DNA of 64,000 nt, taken from NCBI RefSeq assembly GCF_009914755.1, contig NC_060946.1, one strand, 5' to 3'. Under the pieces are notes generated by a model, which made no database searches, had not been told where the DNA came from, and worked only from the letters and a program-made list of their open reading frames with translations. Source of the DNA: the human T2T-CHM13v2.0 reference genome, Homo sapiens. Every line of letters starts with the position of its first letter. The stretch's first letter is position 1. A program made the translations under genes and the position numbers. This document shows positions 27,361 to 40,000 of this stretch, in pieces.

Positions 27361-29349
27361 TCCATACCATTGTATTCATTCCATTCCATTAAATTCCATT
27401 CCATTCCATTCCACTCGGGTAGATTCCATTCCATTCCATGCCATTCCATTCCATTCCATTCCATTCCATTTAATCCATTCCATTCCATTCCACTCGGGTA
27501 GATTCCATTCCATTCCATGCCATTCCATTCCATTCCATTCCACTCTATTAGTTTGTAATCGGGTTGATTCCAATCCATTCCATTATATTCAAGTCCTTTC
27601 CATTCCATGCCATTCCACTCAGGTTGTTTCCATTTTGTTGTATTCCATTCCATTCCATTCCATTCCATTCCATTCCATTCCATTCAGTTCCTTTCCATTC
27701 CATTGCATTCAATTCAACTCGGGTTGTTTCCATTACGTTCCATTAGTTTCCATTCCATTCCATTCCTTTCCATTCCATTCCATTCCATTACTTTCCACTC
27801 ATGGTGATTCCATTCCATTTCATTCCAATGCATTCCATTCCCGTTGATACCATTGCATTGCATTGTTTCCATTCCATTCCATTACATTACTTTCCATTCT
27901 ACCTGGTTTGATTGATTTCCATTCCATTCCATTCCATTCCATTCCATTCCATAGCATTCCACCAAAGTTGATTGCATGATATTCCATTCCATTCCATTCC
28001 ATTCCCATTCCATTCCATTCCATTCCATACCATTCCACCAAAGTTGATTGCATGCTATTCCATTCCATTCCATTCCATTCCACTCCATTCCATTCCATTC
28101 CTTTCCACTTGGGTTGATTCCATTCCATTCAATTCGATTCCGTTCCGCTCCGTTCTGTTCCATTCCATTCCATTCCATTCCATTTCATTCCATTGCATTC
28201 CACTCGGGTTTATTCCATTCCATTCCATTCCTTTCCATTCCATTCCATTCGGGTTGATTCCTTTAAATTCCATTCCATTCCATATCATTCCACTCCATTC
28301 CATTCCATTCCATTCGCGTTGATCCTGTTCCATTCCATGCACTCATATTCCATTCCATTCCTTTCCATTCCGTTCCATTCTATACCATTCCACAAAGTTG
28401 TTTGTATCTTATTCCATTCCATTCCATTCCATTGCATTCCATTCCATTCCATTCTATTCCACTCTGGTTGATTCCATTCCATTCAATTCCGTTCCGTTCC
28501 TTTCTGTTCCATTCCATTCCATTTCATTCCATTGCATTCCACTCAGGTTGATTCCATTCCATTCCATTCCATTCCATTCCATTCCATTCCATTGCATTCC
28601 ATGCCCTTCGTGTTGATTCCTTTCCAATCCATTCCATTCCATACCATTCCACTCCATTCTGTTACATTCCATTCCATTCCATTCCATACCATTCCACCAA
28701 AGTTGATTGCATGTTATTCCATTCCATTCCATTCCATTCCATTCCATTCCATTCCATTCCATTCCATTCCTTTCCACTCGGGTTGATTCCATTCCATTCA
28801 ATTCCGTTCCGTTCCGTTCCGTTCCATTCCATTCTATTCCATTTCATTCCATTGCATTCCACTCGGGTTGATTCCATTCCATTCCATTCCATTCCATTCC
28901 ATTCCATGCAATTCGGGTGGATTCCTTTCCATTCCATTCCATTCCATTCAATGCCATTCCACTTCATTCCTTTCCATTCCATTCCAGTTGATTCCGTTCC
29001 TTTCAATGCCCTTTTATTCCATTCCATTCCATTATTTTCCATTCCATTCCATACCATTCCACCAAAGTTGAGTGCATGTTATTCCATTCCATACCATTCC
29101 ACCAATGTTGATTGCATGTTATTCCATTCCATTGCAATCCACTCCATTCCATTCCATTCCATTCCATTCCTTTCCATTCCATTCCATTCCTTTCAACTCG
29201 GGTTGATTCCATTCCTTTCAATTCCATTCCGTTCCGTTCCGTTCTATTCCATTTCATTTTATTCCATTGCATTCCATTCCATACCCTTCGGGTTGATTCC
29301 TTTGCATTCTGTTCGATTCCGTACCATTCCACTCCATTCCATTCCATTC

Positions 29350-29660
29350 CATTCGGGTTGATTCCATTCCATTCCGTTCCGTTCCATTCCTTTCCATACC
29401 ATTCTACTAGGGTTGATTCCATACCAATCCATTGCATTGCATTCCATTCCATTCCATTCCACTCTGGTTGATTCCATTCCTTTCCGTTCCATTCCATTCC
29501 ATTCCACTCCATTCCGTTCCATTCCATTCGGGTTGATTCCATTCCATTCCGTTCCGTTCCATTCCTTTCCATACCATTCCACTAGGGTTGATTCCATACC
29601 AATCCATTCCATTTCATTCCATTCCATTCCATTCCACTCGGGTTGATTCCATTCCATTCC
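29350..29660 (+). repeat. 175 bp tandem duplication
   Basis: CCTTTCCATACCATTC(T/C)ACTAGGGTTGATTCCATACCAATCC at ~29390 and ~29565, retained at ~63136/63311. Confidence 0.85.
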
Positions 29661-32600
29661 ATTCCATTACATTACATTACATTCCACTCCATTCCATTAC
29701 ATTCCATTCCACTCGGGTTAATTCCGTTTCATTCCATTCCAATCCATTCCATTCCATTCCATTCCATTGGGGTCCATTCCATTCCAATCCATTCCATGCC
29801 CTTCGTGTTGATTCCTTTCCAATCCATTCCATTCCATACCATTCCACTCCATTCTGTTCCAATCCATTCCATTCCATTCCATTCCATTCCATTCCATTAA
29901 ATTCCATTCCATTCCATTCCATTCCATTCCATTCCATTCCATTCCATTCCCTTCCACTCGGGTTGATTCCATTCCATTCAATTCCGTTCCGTTCTGTTCC
30001 GTTCCGTTCCATTCCATTCCATTTCATTCCGTTCCATTCCATTCGTGTTGATTCCATTCCATTCCACTCCAATCCATTCCATTCCAAATCATTCCATTCC
30101 ATTCAATTCCACTCGCATTCAATCTATTCCATTCCATTTCATACCGTTCGGTTCCATTCCATTCTATTGCATTTCTTACCATTCCATTCCACTCGGGATG
30201 ATTCCATTCCATTCCATTATATTCCCTTCCATTCCATTCCATTCCTTTCCACTCGGGATGATTCCATTCCATTCCATTCCATTCCATTCCATTCCATTCC
30301 ATTCCATTCCACTGTGGTTGTTTCGATTCCATTCCTTTCCATTTCATTCTATTCCATTCCATTCCATTCCATTCCATTCTATTCCATTCCATTCCACTCC
30401 ATTCCATTCCATTCCTCTCCAGTTATCCCATTCCATTCCATTCCATTCCACTCGGGTAGATTCCATTCCATTCCATGCCATTCCATTCCATTCCATTCCA
30501 TTCCATTCCATTCCATTCTATTAGTTTGTAATCAGGTTGATTCCAATCCATTCCATTATATTCAAGTCCTTTCCATTCCATGCCATTCCACTCGGGTTTT
30601 TTCCATTTTGTTGTATTCCATTCCATTCCATTCCATTCCATTCCATTCCATTCCATTCCGTTCCATTCCATTCCATTGCATTCAATTCAACTCAGGTTGT
30701 TTCCATTACGTTCCGTTAGTTTCCATTCCATTCCATTCCTTTCCATTCCATTCCATTCCATTACTTTCCACTCACGGTAATTCCATTCCATTTCATTCCA
30801 ATGCATTCCATTCCCGTCGATACCATTGCATTGCATTGCTTCCATTCCATTCAATACCATTACATTACGTTCCATTCTACCTGGTTTGATTGATTTCCAT
30901 TCCATTCCATTCCATTCCATTCCATTCCATTCCATTCCATTCCATTCCATTGCATTCCATTCCTCTCGGGTTGATTCCATTCCATTCCATGCCCTTTTAT
31001 TCCATTCCATTCCATTCAATTCCATTCCATTCCATTCCATTCCATTCCATTCCATTCCTTTCCATTCCATACCATTCCCTCAAAGTTGATTGCATGCTAT
31101 TCCATTCCATTCCATTCCCATTCCATTCCATTCCATTCCATACCATTCCGCCAATGTTGATTGCATGCTATTCCATTCCATTCCATTCCATTCCACTCCA
31201 TTCCATTCCATTCCTTTCCAATTGCGTTGATTCCATTCCACTCAATTCCATTCCGTTCCGCGCCGTTCCGTTCCATTCCATTCCATTCCATTCCATTCCA
31301 TTGCATTCCACTCGAGGTTATTCCATTCCATACAATTCCATTCCATTCCATTCCACTCCATTCCATTCCATTCCATTCGGGTTGATTCCTTTAAATTCCA
31401 TTCCATTCCATATCATTCCACTCCATTCCATTCCATTCCATTCGCGTTGATCCTGTTCCATTCCATGCACTCATATTCCATTCCATTCCTTTCCATTCCA
31501 TTCCATTCTATACCATTCCACCAAAGTTGTTTGCATCTTATTCCATTCCATTCCATTGCATTCCATTGCATTCCATTCCATTCTATTCCTCTCGGGTTGA
31601 TTCCATTCCATTCAATTCCGTTCCGTTCCTTTCTGTTCCATTCCATTCCATTTCATTCCATTGCATTCCACTCGGGTTGATTCCATTCCATTGCATTCCA
31701 TTCCATTCCATTCCATTCCATTCCATTCCATTCCATGCCCTTCGTGTGGATTCCTTTCCAATCCATTCCATTCCATACCATTCCACTCCATTCTGTTCCA
31801 TTCCATTCCATTCCATTCCTTTCCATACCATTCCACCAAAGTTGATTGCATGTTATTCCATTCTATTCCATTCCATTCCATTCCATTCCACTCGGGTTGA
31901 TTCCATTCCATTCAATTCTGTTCCGTTCCGTTCCATTCCGTTCCATTGTATTCCATTTCCTTCCATTGCATTCCACTCGGGTTGATTCCATTCCATTCCA
32001 TTCCATTCCATTCCATTCCATTCCATGCAATTCGTGTTGATTCCTTTCCATTCCATTCCATTCCATTCCATGCCACTCCACTCCATTCCGTTCCATTCCA
32101 TTCGGGTTGATTCCGTTCCTTTCAATGCCCTTTTATTCCATTCCATTCCATTCTTTTCCATTCCATTCCATACCATTCCACCAAAGTTGTGTGCATGTTA
32201 TTCCATTCCATACCATTCCACCAAAGTTGATTGCATGTTATTCCATTCCATTGCAATCCACTCCATTCCATTCCATTCCATTCCATTCCATTCCATTCCT
32301 TTCCATTCCATTCCATTCCTTTCAACTCGGGTTGATTCCATTCCTTTCAATTCCGTTCCATTCCGTTCCGTTGCATTCCATTCCATTTTATTCCATTGCA
32401 TTCCACTAGGGTTCATTCCATTCCATTCCATTCCATTCCATTCCATTCCCTTCAGGTTGATTCCTTTGCATTCCGTTCCATTCCGTACCATTCCACTCCA
32501 TTCCGTTCCATTCCATTCGGATTGATTGCATTCCATTCCGTTCCGTTCCATTCCACTCCATAACATTCCACTAGGGTTGATTCCATACCAATCCATTCCA

Positions 32601-35600
32601 TTGCATTCCACTCCATTCCATTCCACTCGGGTTGTTTCCATTCCATTCCATTCCATTCCATTCCATTCCATTCAATTCCTCTCCATTCCATTACATTACA
32701 TTCCACTCGGGTTAATTCCGTTCCATTCCATTCCAATCCATTCCATTCCATTCCATTGGGGTCCATTCCATTCCATTCCATTCCATGCCCTTCGTGTTGA
32801 ATCCTTTCCAATCCATTACATTCCATACCATTCCATTCCATGACCTTCGTGTTGATTCCTTTCCAATCCATTCCATTCCATACCATTCCACTCCATTCTG
32901 TTCCATTCCATTCCATTCCATTCTATTCCATTCCATTCCATTCCATTCCATTCCATTCCATTCCATTCCACTCGGCTTGATTTCATTCCATTCAATTCCG
33001 TTCCGTTCTGTTCCGTTCCGTTCCATTCCATTCCATTTCATTCCGTTCCATTCCATTTGTGTTGATTCCATTCCATTCCACTCCAATCCATTCCATTCCA
33101 AATCATTCCATTCCATTCAATTCCACTCGCATTCAATCTATTCCATTCCATTTCATTCCGTTCGGTTCCATTCCATTCTATTGCATTCCTTACCATTCCA
33201 TTCCACTCGGGATGATTCCATTCCATTCCATTATATTCCGTTCCATTCCATTCCATTCCATTCCACTCCGGATGATTCCATTCCATTCCATTCCATTCCA
33301 TTCCATTCCGTTGCACTGTGGTTGTTTCGATTCCATTCCTTTCCATTTCATTCTATTCCATTCCATTCCATTCCATTCCATTCTATTCCATTCCATTCCA
33401 CTCCAGTCCATTCCATTCCTCTCCGGTTATCCCATTCCATTCCATTCCATTCCACTCGGGATGTTTCCATTCCATTCCATTCCATTTTATTCCATTCCAT
33501 TCCGTTCCATTGCATTCCATTCTATACCATTCCACTGAGGATGTTTCCATTCCATTCCATTCCATTTTATTCCATTCCATTCAGTTCCATTACATTCCAT
33601 TCTATACCATTCCACTCTGGTTAATTCCATACAATTGTATTCCATTCCATTCCATTAAATTCCATTCCATTCCATTCCACTCGGGTAGATTCCATTCCAT
33701 TCCATGCCATTCCATTCCATTTAATCCATTACATTCCATTCCACTCGGGTAGATTCCATTCCATTCCATGCCATTCCATTCCATTCCATTCCATTCCATT
33801 GCATTCCATTCTATTAGTTTGTAATCAGGTTGATTCCAATCCATTCCATTATATTCAAGTCCTTTCCATTCCATGCCATTCCACTCGGGTTTTTTCCATT
33901 TTGTTGTATTCCTTTCCATTCCATTCCATTCCATTCCATTCCATTCCATTCCATTCCGTTCCGTTCCATTCCATTGCATTCAATTCAACTCAGGTTGTTT
34001 CCATTACGTTCTGTTAGTTTCCATTCCATTCCATTCCTTTCCATTACATTCCATTCCATTACTTTCCACTCACGGTGATTCCATTCCATTTCATTCCAAT
34101 GCATTCCATTCCGGTCGATACCATTGCATTGCATTGCTTCCATTCCATTCCATACCATTACATTACTTTCCATTCTACCTGGTTTGATTGATTTCCATTC
34201 CATTCCATTCCATTCCATTCCATTCCATTCCATTGCATTCCATTCCTCTCGGGTTGATTCCATTCCATTCCATGCCCTTTTATTCCATTCCATTCCATTC
34301 AATTCAATTCCATTCCATTCCATTCCATTCCATTCCATTCGTATCCATTCCATACCATTCCCTCAAAGTTGATTGCATGCTATTCCATTCCATTCCATTC
34401 CCATTCCATTCCATTCCATTCCTTACCATTCCACCAATGTTGATTGCATGCTATTCCATTCCATTCCAGTCCATTCCACTCCATTCCATTCCATTCCTTT
34501 CCAATTGCGTTGATTCCATTCCACTCAATTCCATTCCGTTCCGCGCCATTCCGTTCCATTCCATTCCATTCCATTCCATTCCATTCCATTTCATTCCATT
34601 GCATTCCACTCGAGGTTATTCCATTCCATACAATTCCATTCCATTCCATTCCATTCCATTCCATTCCATTCCATTCCATTCCATTCCATTCGGGTTGATT
34701 CCTTTAAATTCTATTCCATTCCATATCATTCCACTCCATTCCATTCCATTCCATTCGCGTTGATCCTGTTCCATTCCATGCACTCATATTCCATTCCATT
34801 CCTTTCCATTCCATTCCATTCTATACCATTCCACCAAAGTTGTTTGCATCTTATTCCATTCCATTCCATTCCATTCCATTCCATTCCATTCCATTGCATT
34901 CCATTCCATTCTATTCCTCTCGGGTTGATTCCATTCCATTCAATTCCGTTCCGTTCCTTTCTGTTCCATTCCATTCCATTTCATTCCATTGCATTCCACT
35001 CGGGTTGATTCCATTCCATTGCATTCCATTCCATTCCATTCCATTCCATTCCATTCCATTCCATTCCATGCCCTTCGTGTGGATTCCTTTCCAATCCGTT
35101 CCATTCCATACCATTCCACTCCATTCTGTTCCATTCCATTCCATTCCATTCCTTTCCATACCATTCCACCAAAGTTGATTGCATGTTATTCCATTCCATT
35201 CCATTCCATTCCATTCCATTCCACTCGGGTTGATTCCATTCCATTCAATTCCGTTCCGTTCCGTTCCATTCCGTTCCATTGTATTCCATTTCATTCCATT
35301 GCATTCCACTCGGGTTGATTCCATTCCATTCCATTCCATTCCATTCCATTCCATGCAATTCGTGTTGATTCCTTTCCATTCCATTCCATTCCATTCCATG
35401 CCACTCCACTCCATTCCGTTCCATTCCATTCTGGTTGATTCCATTCCTTTCAATGCCCTTTTATTCCTTTCCATTCCATTCTTTTCCATTCCATTCCATA
35501 CCATTCCACCAAAGTTGAGTGCATGTTATTCCATTCCATACCATTCCACCAAAGTTGATTGCATGTTATTCCATTCCATTGCAATCCACTCCATTCCATT

Positions 35601-35989
35601 CCATTCCATTCCATCCCTTTCCATTCCATTCCATTCCTTTCAACTCGGGTTGATTCCATTCCTTTCAATTCCGTTCCATTCCGTTCCGTTGCATTCCATT
35701 CCATTTTATTCCATTGCATTCCACTAGGGTTCATTCCATTCCATTCCATTCCATTGCATTCCATTCCATTCCCTTCAGGTTGATTCCTTTGCATTCCGTT
35801 CCATTCCGTACAATTCCACTCCATTCCTTTCCATTCCATTCGGGTTGATTCCATTCTATTCCGTTCCGTTCCATTCCACTCCATATCATTCCAGTAGGGT
35901 TGATTCCATACTAATCCATTCCATTGCATTCCACTCCATTCCATTTCACTCGGGTTGATTCCATTCCATTCCATTCCATTCCCTTCCAT

Positions 35990-36250
35990 TCCATTCCATT
36001 CAATTCCATTCAATTCCACTCCATTCCATTACATTACATTCCACTCGGGTTAATTCCCTTCCATTCCATTCCAATCCATTCCATTCCATTCCATTCCATT
36101 GGGGTCCATTCCATTCAATTCCATTCCATTCCATTCAATTCCATTCAATTCCACTCCATTCCATTACATTACATTCCACTCGGGTTAATTCCGTTCCATT
36201 CCATTCCAATCCATTCCATTCCATTCCATTCCATTGGGGTCCATTCCATT
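35990..36250 (+). repeat. 135 bp tandem duplication
   Basis: CAATTCCACTCC...ACATTACATTCCACTCGGGTTAATTCC...GGGGTCC repeated, with GGGGTCC at 36101 and 36236. Confidence 0.88.
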
Positions 36251-37074
36251 CCATTCCATTCCTTGCCCTTCGTGTTGATTCCTTACCAATCCATTCCATT
36301 CCATTCCATTCCATTCCATGACCTTCGTGTTGAATCCTTTCCAATCCATTCCATTCCATACCATTTCACTCCATTCTGCTCCATTCCATTCCATTCCATT
36401 CCATTCCATTCCATTCCATTCCATACCTTTCCACCAAAGTTGATTGCATGTTATTCCATTCCATTCCATTCCATTCCATTCCTTTCCACTCGGGTTGATT
36501 CCCATTCTATTCAATTCCGTTCCGTTCCGTTGCGTTCCATTCCATTCCACTTCATTGCGTTCCATTGCATTCGTGTTGATTCCATTCCATTCCACTCCAA
36601 ACCATTCCATTCCAAATCATTCCATTCCATTCAATTCCACTCGCATTCAATCTATTCCATTCCATTTCATTCCGTTCTGTTCCATTCCATTCTATTGCAT
36701 TCCTTATGATTCCATTCCACTCGGGATGATTCCATTCCATTCCATTATATTCCGTTCCATTCCATTCCATTCCATTCCATTCCATTCCATACCATTCCAC
36801 CAACGTTGATTGCATGCTATTCCATTCCATTCCATTCCTTTCCACTCGGGTTGATTCCATTCCATTCAATTCCGTTCCGTTCCGTTCCGTTCCATTCCAT
36901 TCCATTTCATTCCGTTCCATTCCATTCGTGTTGATTCCATTCCATTCCACTCCAATCCATTCCATTCCAAATCACTCCATTCCATTCAATTCCACTCGCA
37001 TTCAATCTATTCCATTCCATTTCATTCTGTTCTGTTCCATTCCATTCTATTGCATTCCTTACCATTCCATTCCA

Positions 37075-40000
37075 CTCGGTTTGTTTCCATTCCATTCCAT
37101 TCCATTTTATTCCCTTGCATTCCATTCCAATATATTCTATACCATTCCACTCGGGTTGATTCCATACCATTCTATTCCATTCCATTCCGTTAAATTCCAT
37201 TCCATTCCATTCCACTCAGGTAGATTCCATTCCATTCCATTCCATTCCATTCCATTCCATTCCATTCCATTCCATTCGGGTTCATTCCATTCCATTCCAT
37301 TCCATTCCTTTCCATTCCATTCCATTCCATTCCACTCCATTCCATTCCATTCCACTCCATTCCATTCCATTCTATTCCACCCGGATTGATTCCATTCCAT
37401 TGCTTTCCATTCCATTCCATTCCATTCCATTCCACTCGAGTTGATTCCAATCCATTCCATTACATTACATTACATTTCATTCCAATCGGGTGGATTCCAT
37501 TCCATTCCATTCCATTCCATTCCATTCCATTCCATTCCACTCGGGTTGATACCATTCCGTTCCTTTCCATTCCATTCCATTCCGTTCCATTCTATTCGTT
37601 TTGATTCCATTCCATTCCACACCAATCCATTCGATTCCATTCCAATCCATACCATTCCTTTCAATTCCACTCGTATTCAGTCTATTCCGTTCCATTTCAT
37701 TCCGTTCTGTTCCATTCCATTCTATTGCATTCCATACCATTCCATTCCACTCGGGATGATTCCATTCCATTCCATTATATTCCGTTCCATTCCATGACAT
37801 TCCATTCCACTCGGGTTGATTCCATTCCATTCCATTCCATTCCATTCCACTCCATTCCACTCGGGTTGATTCCATTCCGTTCCTTTCCATTCCATTCCAT
37901 TCCGTTCCATTATATTGGTGTTGATTGCATTCCATTCCACACCAATCCATTCCATTCCATTCCAATGCATTCCATTCCGTTCAATTCCACTCGCATTCAA
38001 TCTATTCCATTCCATTTCATTCCGTTCTGTTCTATTCCATTTTATTGCATTGCATACCATTCCATTCCACTCGGGATGATTCCATTCCTTTCCATTATAT
38101 TGCGTTCCATTCTATTCCATTCCATTCCACTTGGGTAGATTCCATTCCATTCCATGCCATTCCATTCCATTCCATTAGTTTCTAATCGGGTTGATTCCAA
38201 TCCATTCCATTATATTCAAGTGCTTTTCATTCCATACCATTCCACTAGGGTTGTTTCCATTTTGTTGTATTCCATTCCTTTCCATTCCATTCCATTCTTT
38301 TCCATTCCATTCCATTGCATTCCATTCCACTCGGGTTGTTTCCATTCCATTCCATTAGTTTCCATTCCATTCCATTCCTTTCCATTCCATTCCATTCCTT
38401 TCCACTCAGTGTGATTCCATTCCATTCCATTCCAATGCATTCCATTCCAGTTGATACCATTGCATTGCATTGTCTCCATTCCATTCCATTCCATTCCATT
38501 CCACTCGTTTTGTTTCCATTCCATTCCATTCCATTTTATTCCATTGCATTCCATTCCAATATATTCTATACCATTCCACTCGGGTTCATTCCATACCATT
38601 CTATTCCATTCCATTCCGTTAAATTCCATTCCATTCCATTCCACTCGGGTAGATTCCATTCCATTCCATTCCATTCGGGTTCATTCCAATCCATTCCATT
38701 CCATTCCTTTCCATTCCATTCCAATCCATTCCATTCCTTTCCATTCCATTCCATTCCATTCCATTCCATTCCATTCCATTCCATTGCATTCCATTCCATT
38801 CCATTCCATTCCATTGCATTGCATTCCATTCCATTACATTCCATTCCATTCCATTCCACTCGGGTTGATTCCATAGCATTCCATTCCATTCCATTCCATT
38901 CCATTCCACTCGGGTTGATTCCATATCATTCGATTCCATTCATTCCTTTCCATTCCATTCCATTCCTGTCGGGTTGATTCCATTCCATTCCTTTAAATTC
39001 CATTCCATTCCTTTCCATTCCATTCCTCTCGGGTTGATTCTGTTGCATTACATTCCATTCCAATGCACTTGGTTTGATTCCATTCCCTTCCCTTCCATTC
39101 CATTCCATTTCATTCCATTCATTTACATTACACTCCGGTTGATTCCATAGCATTCCATTCCATTCCATTCCATTCCATTCCATCCCATTCGGATTGATTC
39201 CATTCTATTCTGTTCCATTCCATTCCATACCATTCCATTCCATTCCTTTCCATTTCATTGCGTTCCATTCCATTCGGGTTGATTCCATTCAATTCCATTG
39301 CATTCCATTCCATTCCACTCCATTGCATAGCATTCCACTCCATTCCATTCCATTCCAATCCATTCCACCCGGATTGATTCCATTCCATTCCATTCCATTC
39401 TATTCCATTCCATTCCATTCCACTCCAGTTGATTCCATTGGATTCCATTCTTTTCCATTCCATTCCATTCCATTCCATTCCACTGCATTCCACTCGAGTT
39501 GATTCCAATCTATTCCATTACATTACATTCCTTTTCATTCCAATCGGGTGGATTCCTTTCCATTCCATTCCATTCCACTCGGGTTAATTCCATTCCGTTC
39601 CTTTCCATTCCATTCCATTCTGTTCCATTCCATTCGTGTTGATTCCATTCCATTCCACTGCAATCCATTCCATTCCATTCCAATCCATTCCATTCCATTC
39701 AATTCCACTCGCATTCAATCTATTCTATTCCATTTCATTCCGTTCTGTTCCATTCCATTCTATTGCATTCCATACCATTCCATTCCACTCTGGATGATTC
39801 CATTCCATTCCATTATATTCCGTTCCATTCCATTCCATTCCATTCCAATCGGGTTGATTCCATTCCATTCCATTCCATTCCATTCCATTCCGTTCCATTC
39901 CACTCGGTTTGTTTAAATTCCATTCCTTTCAATTTCATTCTATTCCATTCCACTCTATTACATTCCATTCCACTCCATTCCATTCCTTTCCTCTCCAGTT

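Larger units (their letters stand above)
24350..30268 (+). repeat. Upstream copy of a long-range duplication (partner 58050-64000)
   Basis: Near-identical ORFs offset by 33697-33772 bp (24456/58153, 25071/58843, 27062/60824, 29003/62750). The private variant CAGTTTATTCC...CCGTTTTTTCC occurs only at ~24380-24412 and ~58077-58110. Confidence 0.93.
27040..37070 (+). repeat. Sequence-distinct HSat3 subdomain, three diverged ~3.0-3.3 kb units plus a fragment
   Basis: Motifs seen only here and at 60.8-64 kb: CCACCAAAGTTGATTGCATG, CATGCCCTTCGTGT, CATTGGGGTCC, CTACCTGGTTTGATTGAT, CGCGTTGATCCTG. Unit starts at ~27055, ~30310 and ~33314. ORF offsets 27564/30537/33830 and 28048/31161/34444. Confidence 0.9.

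Noticed and set aside
27909-27916. TGATTGAT (PBX/HOX- or DUX-like) motif once per 3 kb unit (also ~30887, ~34185, ~61671)
   Set aside because: A short motif easily derived from GTTGATT and propagated by duplication, with no independent support for function.
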